Shown: one piece after another, positions 29,652-38,205 of the stretch
How the letters are laid out: each line of letters starts with the position of its first letter
Position numbering within the stretch: the first letter of the stretch is position 1
DNA from: Candidatus Latescibacterota bacterium
GTDB lineage: Bacteria > Latescibacterota > UBA2968 > GCA-2709665
Assembly: GCA_965219455.1 (NCBI GenBank)
Contig: OZ244744.1
Coordinates: 4,448,001 to 4,512,000, forward strand
Direction: 5' to 3'
Length of the DNA stretch: 64,000 bases
Notes under the pieces: generated by a model
Databases searched by the model: none
What the model was told of the DNA's origin: nothing
The model's input: only the letters and a program-made list of their open reading frames with translations
Translations under genes and position numbers: made by a program

Positions 29652-30049
29652 CTACAACCCTTTGCAAGTCCCTCGATGACTGGTGATAAATGCCAACGAC
29701 AATCTTGTGCATGGGAAATCACAGCACGACTTCGGTACCATTCCCCAGGCCGGCGTAACCCACGTTCCCGACGGCCCGCCCTCAGTCTCGCTTGATGTGA
29801 CCTCCGCAACCTACCCCGCTGGCTACGTTAGACGATCATCTCCTGGAATTGAGGGGTATCGTCGCGGTCTTGTCCTGACTAAAATCCAGCGACATTCCAT
29901 TGTGTGCATCGGAACTCTTTTTCGAACCCTCCCAAATGGGCCCCAACTGAAATTGCATAACCTGCGGAAGCGCCGCACTGCCGCAAGTGATATGTTTCTT
30001 CTGTGTGGGATCGAGCTTGAGACAGCGATTTGACAAGGCGAAAACGTCT

Positions 30050-30622
30050 ATGGAGTTCCAGATTGAAGTAGAAACCGTCGACGTTCTCTCCGAATTCGGC
30101 CAGGTGCCGATTGCTTTCGAAGTGAAGAGCCGCTTTCGGGTCGAACGTGTCGCGAATGGCCTGGGCGGGTTCCGGCTGGTCGAGGAAACCGTGGATCCAC
30201 CCTATACGAAGGATTACGACCAACCTGACGGCCCCGAGCGCTGGACCCGGCAATCGTGGGACCTTTCGAATTGGATCCTTCTGGGCGCGTTCCTTGGGGA
30301 TGAGCGCAACGGCGCAATCGTCGCATTTCACGTGGACGGTCTGAACTACTGTGAAGGGCGGGAAGACCTCGTAGGCCTGTGGGACATTCGCGTCCGCCCG
30401 GAGTACCGTGGACAGGGTGTCGACAGGATGTTATACCAACATGCCGAGACCAGCGCCAGGAATCGTGGATGCACTCAGTTGAAGATCGAAACCCAGAACG
30501 TCAATGTCGCCGCCTGCCGTTTTTACGCGCGCATTGGCGTGCGCCTAGGCAAGGTCCATCTGTACGCCTATCACGCTGAAGGCCTGAACGAGGTGGAATT
30601 GACCCGGTACGAGGATCTGTAG
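30050..30622 (+). CDS. GNAT N-acetyltransferase, streptothricin-acetyltransferase-like subfamily (copy 1)
   Basis: LWDIRVRPEYRGQGV (acetyl-CoA loop), LKIETQNVNVAACRFYAR.G, PPYTKDYD. Confidence 0.8.
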   Translation: MEFQIEVETVDVLSEFGQVPIAFEVKSRFRVERVANGLGGFRLVEETVDPPYTKDYDQPDGPERWTRQSWDLSNWILLGAFLGDERNGAIVAFHVDGLNYCEGREDLVGLWDIRVRPEYRGQGVDRMLYQHAETSARNRGCTQLKIETQNVNVAACRFYARIGVRLGKVHLYAYHAEGLNEVELTRYEDL

Positions 30623-30724
30623 TGTGCACGTACGAGAAAGTCCGGGTACTTGCAGCGCGTCTTGTAGATTCCAACTCGAAATTTGTCTTTTCCGGCACGT
30701 TTGTTTCCAGATAGAGGTGACTTA

Positions 30725-31768
30725 ATGTTATACAAACTTTCGTCGACCGAAGGGAAATTCGATACGCTTGAACCCGTGGCATTCAAGGATTTCACAAGCT
30801 ATAAAAACGTCGAAAAAGACCTGGAAGATTTGATCGCAAAGAGCATCTTGGATGTACTGTTTGAGGAATCAAGTCTAATGCCAGTGTTCCAAGAACGGAA
30901 AGGCCAGGCCAAAGCGGATATCTATGCACTAGACGAACGAGGCGAGTTGGTCATTTTTGAGTTAAAAAGAGGTTCAACGGGTGAAGACGCCGTGCATCAG
31001 GCTCTACGCTATGCACAAAGCGCCGGTCAATGGAATTACGAAACGATACAGAAAGAATACCGCGAGTACAGGAAAAAATCGAAACACGCTGACGGAGATG
31101 AAATCGACCTGCGCAAAGCGCACAAAGAAGCATTTGGCCTCGAACATCAACTGGACGCAAGAGACATAAACAGCAGACAAAGATTGATCGTAATCGGAAG
31201 CGCAGCTGACGAAACCCTCATCAATGCTGTGGACTATTGGAAGAATCAGGGAATTTCAATCAACTTCCTGCCGTATAGAATTTATGAACTGAACAATGAG
31301 AAATATTTCGAATTCTTCGCGTTGCCATATGACAAGCATCGAAATCCAAATTCTATTAAGGGCGTGCTATTCGATACCAACAAGAGCTACAATGAAGAAT
31401 CGATCTGGGAAATGATCGAACATAGCCGAGTCGCAGCATGGGGAAATACAAAGCATTTCGTCGGATACATACATCCGGGCGACGTTGTTTTCCTTTCCCA
31501 CAGAGGGACCGGCATCGTTGCTGCTGGTAAAGTAAAGAGAGGTGACATCGAAAAGCGTGAAGAGGAGGATATGTGGTTTAGGCAAGTGGAATTTAGCACG
31601 CCAATACCAATAAGAAATCAGAAAATCCGTGCAATGGATTTTCGAAGAGTGTCTGAAATTACCGGAAAGAGCTTCTTCTGGGCGCGCACGATAAAGGTGC
31701 CATACCTCACAAAGGAGGAAGCCGAAGACTTGGAAGCAGAATTGGATGCGCACCTTTCATATATCTGA
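30725..31768 (+). CDS. PD-(D/E)xK (NucS/Mrr-like) endonuclease with probable C-terminal EVE/PUA-like domain
   Basis: EKDLEDLI, ADIYALDERGELVIFELKR, QALRYA (QxxxY). C-terminal IHPGDVVFLSHRGTGIVAAGKV resembles EVE/PUA. GAGGTG RBS; AT-rich. Confidence 0.7.
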   Translation: MLYKLSSTEGKFDTLEPVAFKDFTSYKNVEKDLEDLIAKSILDVLFEESSLMPVFQERKGQAKADIYALDERGELVIFELKRGSTGEDAVHQALRYAQSAGQWNYETIQKEYREYRKKSKHADGDEIDLRKAHKEAFGLEHQLDARDINSRQRLIVIGSAADETLINAVDYWKNQGISINFLPYRIYELNNEKYFEFFALPYDKHRNPNSIKGVLFDTNKSYNEESIWEMIEHSRVAAWGNTKHFVGYIHPGDVVFLSHRGTGIVAAGKVKRGDIEKREEEDMWFRQVEFSTPIPIRNQKIRAMDFRRVSEITGKSFFWARTIKVPYLTKEEAEDLEAELDAHLSYI

Positions 31769-31790
31769 ACCCACAACGCCGATATCGCAC

Positions 31791-31868
31791 ATCAATGACC
31801 AGTGGCGCGTGTGCTTTGTCTGGACAGACCGGGGCGCCATGGAAATCGAAGTTACCGACTACCACTGA
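31791..31868 (+). pseudogene. higB: 3' remnant of a HigB (RelE-superfamily) toxin gene
   Basis: Translates as INDQWRVCFVWTDRGAMEIEVTDYH*, the characteristic HigB C-terminus. No start codon or N-terminal part is present; the frame runs back into the nuclease gene end. Not in the ORF track. Confidence 0.85.
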
Positions 31869-31879
31869 GGAGGGTGCCA

Positions 31880-32170
31880 ATGACAGCCCCTGAACCGATA
31901 CACCCGGGAGAACATCTGGCGGAGATCGTGGAGGAACTCGGCATCACACAATACCGCCTGGCCAAGACGATAGGCGTGCCGCAAATACGCATCCACGATA
32001 TCGTCCACTGCCGCAGGTCCATCACGGCGGATTCAGCGCTACGAATCGGAAAGGCCCTTGGAATGACCCCTGACTTCTGGCTGAATCTACAGCGAATGTA
32101 CGACCTTGACGTAGCCCGTTCCACGACAGACGTCAGCGCCATCGAGCCGCTTGTCAAGGTATCCGGTTAA
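31880..32170 (+). CDS. higA: HigA family addiction-module antitoxin (XRE HTH)
   Basis: PIHPGEHL.E..EELGITQYRLAK.IGVP..RI..IV...RSITADSALR....G.TPDFWLNLQ..YDL. GAGGAGG RBS. Confidence 0.93.
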   Translation: MTAPEPIHPGEHLAEIVEELGITQYRLAKTIGVPQIRIHDIVHCRRSITADSALRIGKALGMTPDFWLNLQRMYDLDVARSTTDVSAIEPLVKVSG

Positions 32171-32216
32171 GCCAACTCTGCACAACAGAAGGATACGCCA
32201 GGAGATCGAAAAAGCG

Positions 32217-32793
32217 GTGGATTTTCACATTCAGGAAGAAACCGCGGACATTCTCTCAGAATACGGCAGGGTGTCGATTGCCTTCGAAGTGAAGAGCCGC
32301 TTTCGGGTCGAACCTGTTGCCAATGGCCTGGGCGGGTTCCGGCTGGTCGAGGAAACCGTGGATCCACCCTGTACGAAGGATTACGACCAACCTGACGGCC
32401 CCGAGCGCTGGACCCGGAGATCGTGGGACCTCTCGAACTGAATCTTTCTGGGCGCATTCCGGGAGAACGAGCGAATCGGCGGCGCGATCATCGCGTTTCA
32501 CGTCGATGGCCTGAATTACTGTGAGGGGCGTGAAGACCTCGCGGGCCTGTGGGACATCCGCGTCAGCCCGGAATATCGAGGACGGGGCGTCGGCAGGGCA
32601 CTCTTTGATCGCGTTGAAACCTGTGCCAGAAACCGGGGCTGCACCCAGCTCAAAATCGAAACCCAGAACATCAACGTCCCCGCCTGCCGCTTCTACGCGC
32701 GCTTGGACGCCACGTTGGGCAAGGTCCATCTCTACGCCTACCGTGCCGAGGGCCTGGACGAGGTGGAACTGACCTGGTACTAAGGATCTGTAG
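32217..32793 (+). pseudogene. Second GNAT copy, inactivated
   Basis: Paralogue of 30050-30622. TGA at 32439-32441 replaces Trp (TGG in copy 1), and the frame continues LWDIRVSPEYRGRGVGR...KIETQNINVPACRFYAR. An extra T makes TAA at 32781, just before the ancestral GATCTGTAG end. Confidence 0.88.
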
Positions 32794-32980
32794 CTCGGCC
32801 GTCGCGGTAACCCCCGGAACTGCCGGGGTACCGGCGCATCCGCTTGACTTTCCTTGTCGGCCTCGGCATATTTGAACTTCGATTCGTACGTGAAACCGGT
32901 TTCGGCTGAGGACGAAGGATGACAAACGGCGGCTTCGACGGGATCTATCCCGCAATCGTGAGTCCAAAGGACTATCAAAC

Positions 32981-34885
32981 ATGAGCCTCGTCCATTTATT
33001 GATATTTGCGACCTTGTATACCGCCATTCAGCTGGCAATGCCTCGACGCGTCAGGGCCGGGACTCGCGATTTCGGGGAAGGGTTCGCGCGGCATGGCGTT
33101 GCGGCGCCGGTGTCCCGCGCGAGGGGCGTGGCGGCAACCGTAGACGGCGACGGGCGGCCGATTGTTCTTGCGTGGCCGATGGACCATCGGGGCTGCGGAT
33201 CGATTCTTGTGATCGATGTCCTCTCGGGCAAGGTGGATCAGGTCCCGACCCCGTTCGGGATGGCCTCCACACCGTTTGCGGTGCTGCTGTCCACCCGGAA
33301 CCGGTTCTATTCCTATTTCGACAAGTTCGTGGAGTTCGACGCCGAATCACGTCGCTTCACGTTCTGGTCCGACGCGCCGCCGAATTTCGCCATGTCGTTT
33401 ACGGAAGACGATAGCGGCGTGGTCTGGACGTCCGCGTATCCCAACTGCGAATTGCTGAGCTTCGATCCGGATACGGGGGAACTGACAAACTATGGACCGC
33501 TCAACCATGAAAGCTGGCCCCAGTATCCCCGAACAATCGCGGTGGACCGCTCGGGATGGGTTTACGTGGGCATCGGCGCGACGCGCGGGCAGATCGTGGC
33601 GTTTGATCCGAAGACCCGGGAGCGGAACGCGTTCGTCGCCGAATCTGACCGTCAGCACGGCGCATCCACGGTCTACCGGGGTATGGATGGAAAGGTGTAC
33701 GGAAAGCCCTTCCATGAAGGACCCTGGTGGGCACTGTTCGAAGGGGTGGTGACCCCCGTGGACGCTCCAGCCGGCGAGCAGCCGATTCTGGCCGGCAGCC
33801 AGGAAGCGATTCTGGATAACTTTCCGGATGGCTGGTCGTTGGAAACGATCAACCTGCCCGAGAAATTCGTCGAGGTCAGCGAGGCGGGAACGGTCAGGCG
33901 GTTGGATATCGACTACGAATCCGACGGATCGCACATTCTGTCGATCGCGGAAGGCCCGGATGGCAAAATCCACGGTTCGACCGGGCATCCGTTGCGGTTC
34001 TATACGTACGATACCAATGCGGACACGTTCGTTCACCGGGGTCTCTGGGACCTGAGCGGACATCTGAACGCGCTTGCGGTGCAGGGCGACAAGGTCTATT
34101 GCGGGGAGTATTCGGGCGGCAGGCTCTGGGAATACGATCCGTTTCGGCCATGGGACGATCAGGCAACGGCGCATCCGAACCCGAGGGTTCTGATTTCGGT
34201 GAGTCCGACGATCATCCGGCCGCACGCGCTGCTGGCGCATCCGGACGGCCGGCGGCTGGTCATGACGGGTACGCCGGGCTATGGATTGACGGGCGGGGGG
34301 ATGCTGATCTGGGATACCGAAACGGAGAGCCACACGCTGCTGACACACGACGATCTGCTTCCCGCACACAGCACCGTATCGCTCGTCGCGTTGCCCGACG
34401 GCAAAATCGTGGGGGGCACCACGATCAGCCCCGGCACGGGCGGAGAGGCGCACGCGAAGGAGGCCGAATTGTACGTTCTGGATCCGGATGAAAGACGCGT
34501 GCTGTTTCGCGATGTGGTTGTGCCTGGCGCCACGGAGATTCGGGACATGGTTCTGGGGCCGGACGGATTGGTCTACGGCCTGGCCCCCGGATCCGCGTTT
34601 TTCGTGTTCGATCCGGTATCGTGGGAGATCGTTCACAGCGAGGAGAAACTGCCTTACGGCGATCTCGCGGGCCAACAGGCCCCCAGGATCCTGGCGATGG
34701 GACCTGACAAAAAGATCTATGCGCTGTTCCGCAACGCGATCGTTCGGATCGAGCCGGGCTCGTTCGAACACATCCTGCTGGGGAAGCCCCCGGTGAACGC
34801 GAATGCGGGAATCGTAATACACAAAGGCCGGCTCTATTTCACCCATAGTTCGGAAGTCTGGAGCTTCCAGGTGCCCGGCCTGTAA
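32981..34885 (+). CDS. Probable secreted multi-blade beta-propeller protein
   Basis: Hydrophobic N-terminus. Repeated blade-like units (FDPDTGELT, FDPKTRE, GPDGKIHG, LPDGKIVGGT, GPDGLVYG, GPDKKIY). Confidence 0.7.
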   Translation: MSLVHLLIFATLYTAIQLAMPRRVRAGTRDFGEGFARHGVAAPVSRARGVAATVDGDGRPIVLAWPMDHRGCGSILVIDVLSGKVDQVPTPFGMASTPFAVLLSTRNRFYSYFDKFVEFDAESRRFTFWSDAPPNFAMSFTEDDSGVVWTSAYPNCELLSFDPDTGELTNYGPLNHESWPQYPRTIAVDRSGWVYVGIGATRGQIVAFDPKTRERNAFVAESDRQHGASTVYRGMDGKVYGKPFHEGPWWALFEGVVTPVDAPAGEQPILAGSQEAILDNFPDGWSLETINLPEKFVEVSEAGTVRRLDIDYESDGSHILSIAEGPDGKIHGSTGHPLRFYTYDTNADTFVHRGLWDLSGHLNALAVQGDKVYCGEYSGGRLWEYDPFRPWDDQATAHPNPRVLISVSPTIIRPHALLAHPDGRRLVMTGTPGYGLTGGGMLIWDTETESHTLLTHDDLLPAHSTVSLVALPDGKIVGGTTISPGTGGEAHAKEAELYVLDPDERRVLFRDVVVPGATEIRDMVLGPDGLVYGLAPGSAFFVFDPVSWEIVHSEEKLPYGDLAGQQAPRILAMGPDKKIYALFRNAIVRIEPGSFEHILLGKPPVNANAGIVIHKGRLYFTHSSEVWSFQVPGL

Positions 34886-34956
34886 AGAAGACGCCGACTG
34901 GCGGGACCAAAGCACGGGCCGCGGCGTTGACGCGCTGTTCGCGGCTGCACGTCGGA

Positions 34957-35721
34957 TCAGTCCATCAGCGCCCGCCAGAGCGCCCTGTAGTAGCGCAACA
35001 GGCGCTCGGGTTCCGGGCTGGCGGGGATTTCGGCAAGCGTGTAACCCTCGTACCCTTCGTCCTTCAGGAGGCCGAAGAGTTCCCGCCACGGGTATTCGGC
35101 TTTGTGCAATTCATTGATGTGCACGAGCCCGATCTTGTGTTTCAACAGGTCGAAACTCGCTTTGACCGAGCCGTCGACGACGTCCTGGGGGTTGGAGTTC
35201 CAGCAGAGATGGACGTTGTCATGGTCTGTATGGTCGATGATGGTGCGCATGCGGCGGGGTTCGCACGTGTCCCGTCCGTGAACCTCCACGCGAATCCGGA
35301 CACCCAGGCCGGCGGTGGCTTCTCCACATTCTCTCAGGGCGAGCCCTATCTGTTCAAGCGTCTGTTCTTCCGGTATTCCTTTGTCCGTCTGCAGCCCGTT
35401 GGGACGCACCTTCACCCCCGGACAACCCAGGTCCGCGGCGAGTTTCGCGGTTTCGACCGTCCCTTCGACGTTCTGACGCACCGTTTTCGCGTCCGGTGCA
35501 TGGTATTCGTAGACGCTTCCCAGGCCGACAATATCAATTCCCGCGTCTTCGAATCGACGTCTGACAGCGCTTCGTTCGGCGGGTGAAAGGTCGATTTCCA
35601 CGCCGTGTGCGTGTGTGGTGCGCAACTCAACGCCCTGAATCCCCGCGGTTTGGCACATGTCGATCAGTGTGGGGACATCCCAGTCTTTGGCGATCTGGTA
35701 GGTGACAATTCCAAGCTTCAT
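34957..35721 (-). CDS. Sugar phosphate isomerase/epimerase (xylose-isomerase-like TIM barrel)
   Basis: GVELRT, A.DLGCPGVKV, IRVEVHG, VHINE, GYEGY.LAE. Confidence 0.85.
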   Translation of the reverse strand: MKLGIVTYQIAKDWDVPTLIDMCQTAGIQGVELRTTHAHGVEIDLSPAERSAVRRRFEDAGIDIVGLGSVYEYHAPDAKTVRQNVEGTVETAKLAADLGCPGVKVRPNGLQTDKGIPEEQTLEQIGLALRECGEATAGLGVRIRVEVHGRDTCEPRRMRTIIDHTDHDNVHLCWNSNPQDVVDGSVKASFDLLKHKIGLVHINELHKAEYPWRELFGLLKDEGYEGYTLAEIPASPEPERLLRYYRALWRALMD

Positions 35722-36013
35722 TTCGGGTGCTCCTTCCGTCCCTTTGTGGTTGTAGGGGTCGAATTCAAAATATCGGCTCTCGAACGAAAGTCAACGGTTT
35801 TGTTTTTTTGCGGCGGGTGCGGGAAGCGGCCTGGCCCAGGCGGTCATTTCGCATTGGGAGCCGCTCCCGCCAGCGCTCCCATTGTTTCTGTCCACGCCGG
35901 CGCACAGGCCGCCATCGTGGCCGCCTGACACCTCGGTTGGCAGTGTCAGGCCCAATCCTGACCGTATATTCGTTTACATTCATCGTGTAACCCATCGTTC
36001 ACCCGGAGGACAG

Positions 36014-36532
36014 ATGAACCGCCCGCATTCTGAACTCGTCCCGGGATTCCGGATCCGGCCTGCGGTACGGGAGGATATGGATCGGGTGGGCGAGATCGCG
36101 CGCGAGGCGTGGCGAAGGATCCACGACAGTTCAACGCAAATTTTGGGAGAGGAGATGCACGGAGTACTGTGCGCGAATTGGGAGGAAGAGAAAACAGCCG
36201 CGGTTCGCCGGCACTGGGAGCAGTTCTCTGAGTGGTTCAGGGTCGTTGAGGCAATGGAAAGAAGGAAGGTGGTTGCATTCCTGACGTATCGGATCGATTG
36301 CGGGAAATCGATGGGAAGAATCACGAATAACGCGGTGGCCCCGGAAGCACAGGGAAAGGGGATAGGTACGGCGATGTATCGGTATGCCCTGCGCTGTTTT
36401 CGGTCGGAAGGGCTTCGGTTTGCGGCCGTGGGCACGGGTTTGGACGAGGGCCACGCGCCCGCCCGCCGGGCCTATGAGAAAGCGGGATTCAACATTGCGC
36501 AGCCCCAGGTAACGTATTATCAATATCTTTAG
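36014..36532 (+). CDS. GNAT N-acetyltransferase
   Basis: IRPA..ED, NNAVAPEAQGKGIGT, HAPARRAYEKAGF. GGAGG RBS. Confidence 0.88.
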   Translation: MNRPHSELVPGFRIRPAVREDMDRVGEIAREAWRRIHDSSTQILGEEMHGVLCANWEEEKTAAVRRHWEQFSEWFRVVEAMERRKVVAFLTYRIDCGKSMGRITNNAVAPEAQGKGIGTAMYRYALRCFRSEGLRFAAVGTGLDEGHAPARRAYEKAGFNIAQPQVTYYQYL

Positions 36533-36578
36533 GCGGAGTCCGTGGGCGGATGTGATTCCCAATACAGGAGAGCGATTT

Positions 36579-37223
36579 ATGAAAGTACTGATTACTTCAG
36601 GTGGGTCAACGCTGGCTCAGGCATTGGCGGCGGACCTGTCGCGGGAACACGACGTGACGTTGACGGACGTCGTGGCCGTGCCGACGGATCTCGCCTTCCT
36701 TCAGTGTGAATTGGGCCACGATGGAGAGACGGAATCCCTGGTGGATGGGATGGATACGATCGTGCATCTCGCGGAGTTGCCCGAAGGATTGAAGAGCGAC
36801 GAACGCGAAATCGACTTTCAGACGAGGTGCACGTATAACCTGTTGCATGCCGCCCGGGAGAAAAAGGTCGGCCACGTGGTTTATATCAGTTCGCTGAGCC
36901 TGTTTTCGACGTGTGATCCGAATTGGAACGTGACGGAGCAGTGGGCGCCGCGGCCGTCAACGGATGCCGCGCCAATGGGGAGTTACCTGGGTGAATTCAC
37001 CTGCAGGGAGTTCGCGCGGGAGCACTCGTTGCGCGTGACCTGTTTGCGTTTCGGCGATGTCGGTGACGGTGGCGACATGGCGTTGACGGTGGAAGACGCG
37101 GTCAGGGCCATTGCAATGGCACTGTCGAAAGACGGGCCCATGTGGCAAGTGCTTCACGTGCAGTCTGAAGTCGAAAACGCAAGGTTTCCCATCGACCAGG
37201 CCAAAAAAGCCCTGGGTATTTAG
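36579..37223 (+). CDS. NAD-dependent epimerase/dehydratase (extended SDR)-like protein with degenerate motifs
   Basis: MKVLITSGGS.LA, GMDTIVHLA, TYNLLHAA, VVYISS, TCLRFG. No YxxxK motif. Confidence 0.7.
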   Translation: MKVLITSGGSTLAQALAADLSREHDVTLTDVVAVPTDLAFLQCELGHDGETESLVDGMDTIVHLAELPEGLKSDEREIDFQTRCTYNLLHAAREKKVGHVVYISSLSLFSTCDPNWNVTEQWAPRPSTDAAPMGSYLGEFTCREFAREHSLRVTCLRFGDVGDGGDMALTVEDAVRAIAMALSKDGPMWQVLHVQSEVENARFPIDQAKKALGI

Positions 37224-37448
37224 GGTCCCGTCCCGGAAATATGTCGCCATTCTTCCGCCGGTTCATCCCGTCTCACTGCGCCCGTTCTGGTCTCGTCTCT
37301 TCACGGCGCTGATGTCAACTGATTGGGTTTTTGGTTCAAGCTGACGGCTGAGAGCTGATAGCTGTTTTTGCTGCTTCTGATCGGCCGAATTTCGGCAACC
37401 TATTTCCGGGACAGAACACCAGGCAGTGATATCTGACCCACTCTGGAG

Positions 37449-38183
37449 ATGGAAATGAAAGTCGTAGTTTACGGCGGTAATGGTATGTTGGGGCCCCACG
37501 TGGTGAAGGCCCTGGAGGGGCACGTTTCGCTGCGGTTAACCGATCTGGAGCCGTTCGAAACGCCCCATAAAATGATGCCCGTGGACGTAGCGGACCCCGA
37601 GGCCGTTATGCGCGCGGCCGAAGGGATGGATGCGATCATTAACCTTTCCGTCCTGCGCCCGCATCGGAAAATCGCGTTCGACGTGAATACCCTGGGGTGT
37701 TACAACGTCATGCGCGCGGCCGTTAGGAACGGGATCCGGCGCGTCATCAACACGGGGCCGTACTTTACCGTACAGGGCGACCCCTACGTGGACTGGGACT
37801 ATCACATCGGTCCGGACGTGCCCCCCAGGCCCGGAACGAATCTGTATACGCTGTCCAAGGGATTGGGCCAGGAAATCTGCCGGATCTTCACCTCGAACTT
37901 CGACGTGTACGTGCTGTGTTACCTGTTCTGGAGTTTTCGCGATCACGACCCATCCTCTCAACCGGTTCACGACCGGTCTTTTATTGTGACGTGGCGGGAT
38001 GCCGCTGAAGCGTTCCTCCCCGGATTGAAAATTCCACTGGAGCGTCTGCCGTCAAGATGCGAGGTATTCAATATTCTCGGCGACCGGCCGCACGGGCACT
38101 TTACGAACGCGAAGGCCAGGCGGATCCTGGGGTGGCAACCCCGGGATGGGCTGGAATACACGTACATGAAAAAACTCAGGTAG
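37449..38183 (+). CDS. NAD(P)-dependent epimerase/dehydrogenase (extended SDR), copy A
   Basis: YGGNGMLG Rossmann loop, VN..GCYNV..AA, YTLSK (YxxxK). Confidence 0.85.
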   Translation: MEMKVVVYGGNGMLGPHVVKALEGHVSLRLTDLEPFETPHKMMPVDVADPEAVMRAAEGMDAIINLSVLRPHRKIAFDVNTLGCYNVMRAAVRNGIRRVINTGPYFTVQGDPYVDWDYHIGPDVPPRPGTNLYTLSKGLGQEICRIFTSNFDVYVLCYLFWSFRDHDPSSQPVHDRSFIVTWRDAAEAFLPGLKIPLERLPSRCEVFNILGDRPHGHFTNAKARRILGWQPRDGLEYTYMKKLR

Positions 38184-38205
38184 TCAAATCCGACCGACAC
38201 TGGAG

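Noticed and set aside
29683-30033. 116-aa ORF between the DUF5677-like gene and the GNAT
   Set aside because: No recognisable motif or RBS; not supportable as a gene.
32439-32441. In-frame TGA at a Trp position, suggesting TGA recoding or selenocysteine
   Set aside because: Conserved genes here (scpA, mutS, lepB) end in TGA at the expected place, and the same GNAT copy carries a second lesion. It is a nonsense mutation.
33347-35089. 580-aa minus-strand ORF, and similar long antisense ORFs at 10456-11802, 20576-21988, 50902-52329 and 59793-61214
   Set aside because: They lie opposite well-supported genes, have no recognisable motifs, and are the shadow ORFs expected in GC-rich DNA.
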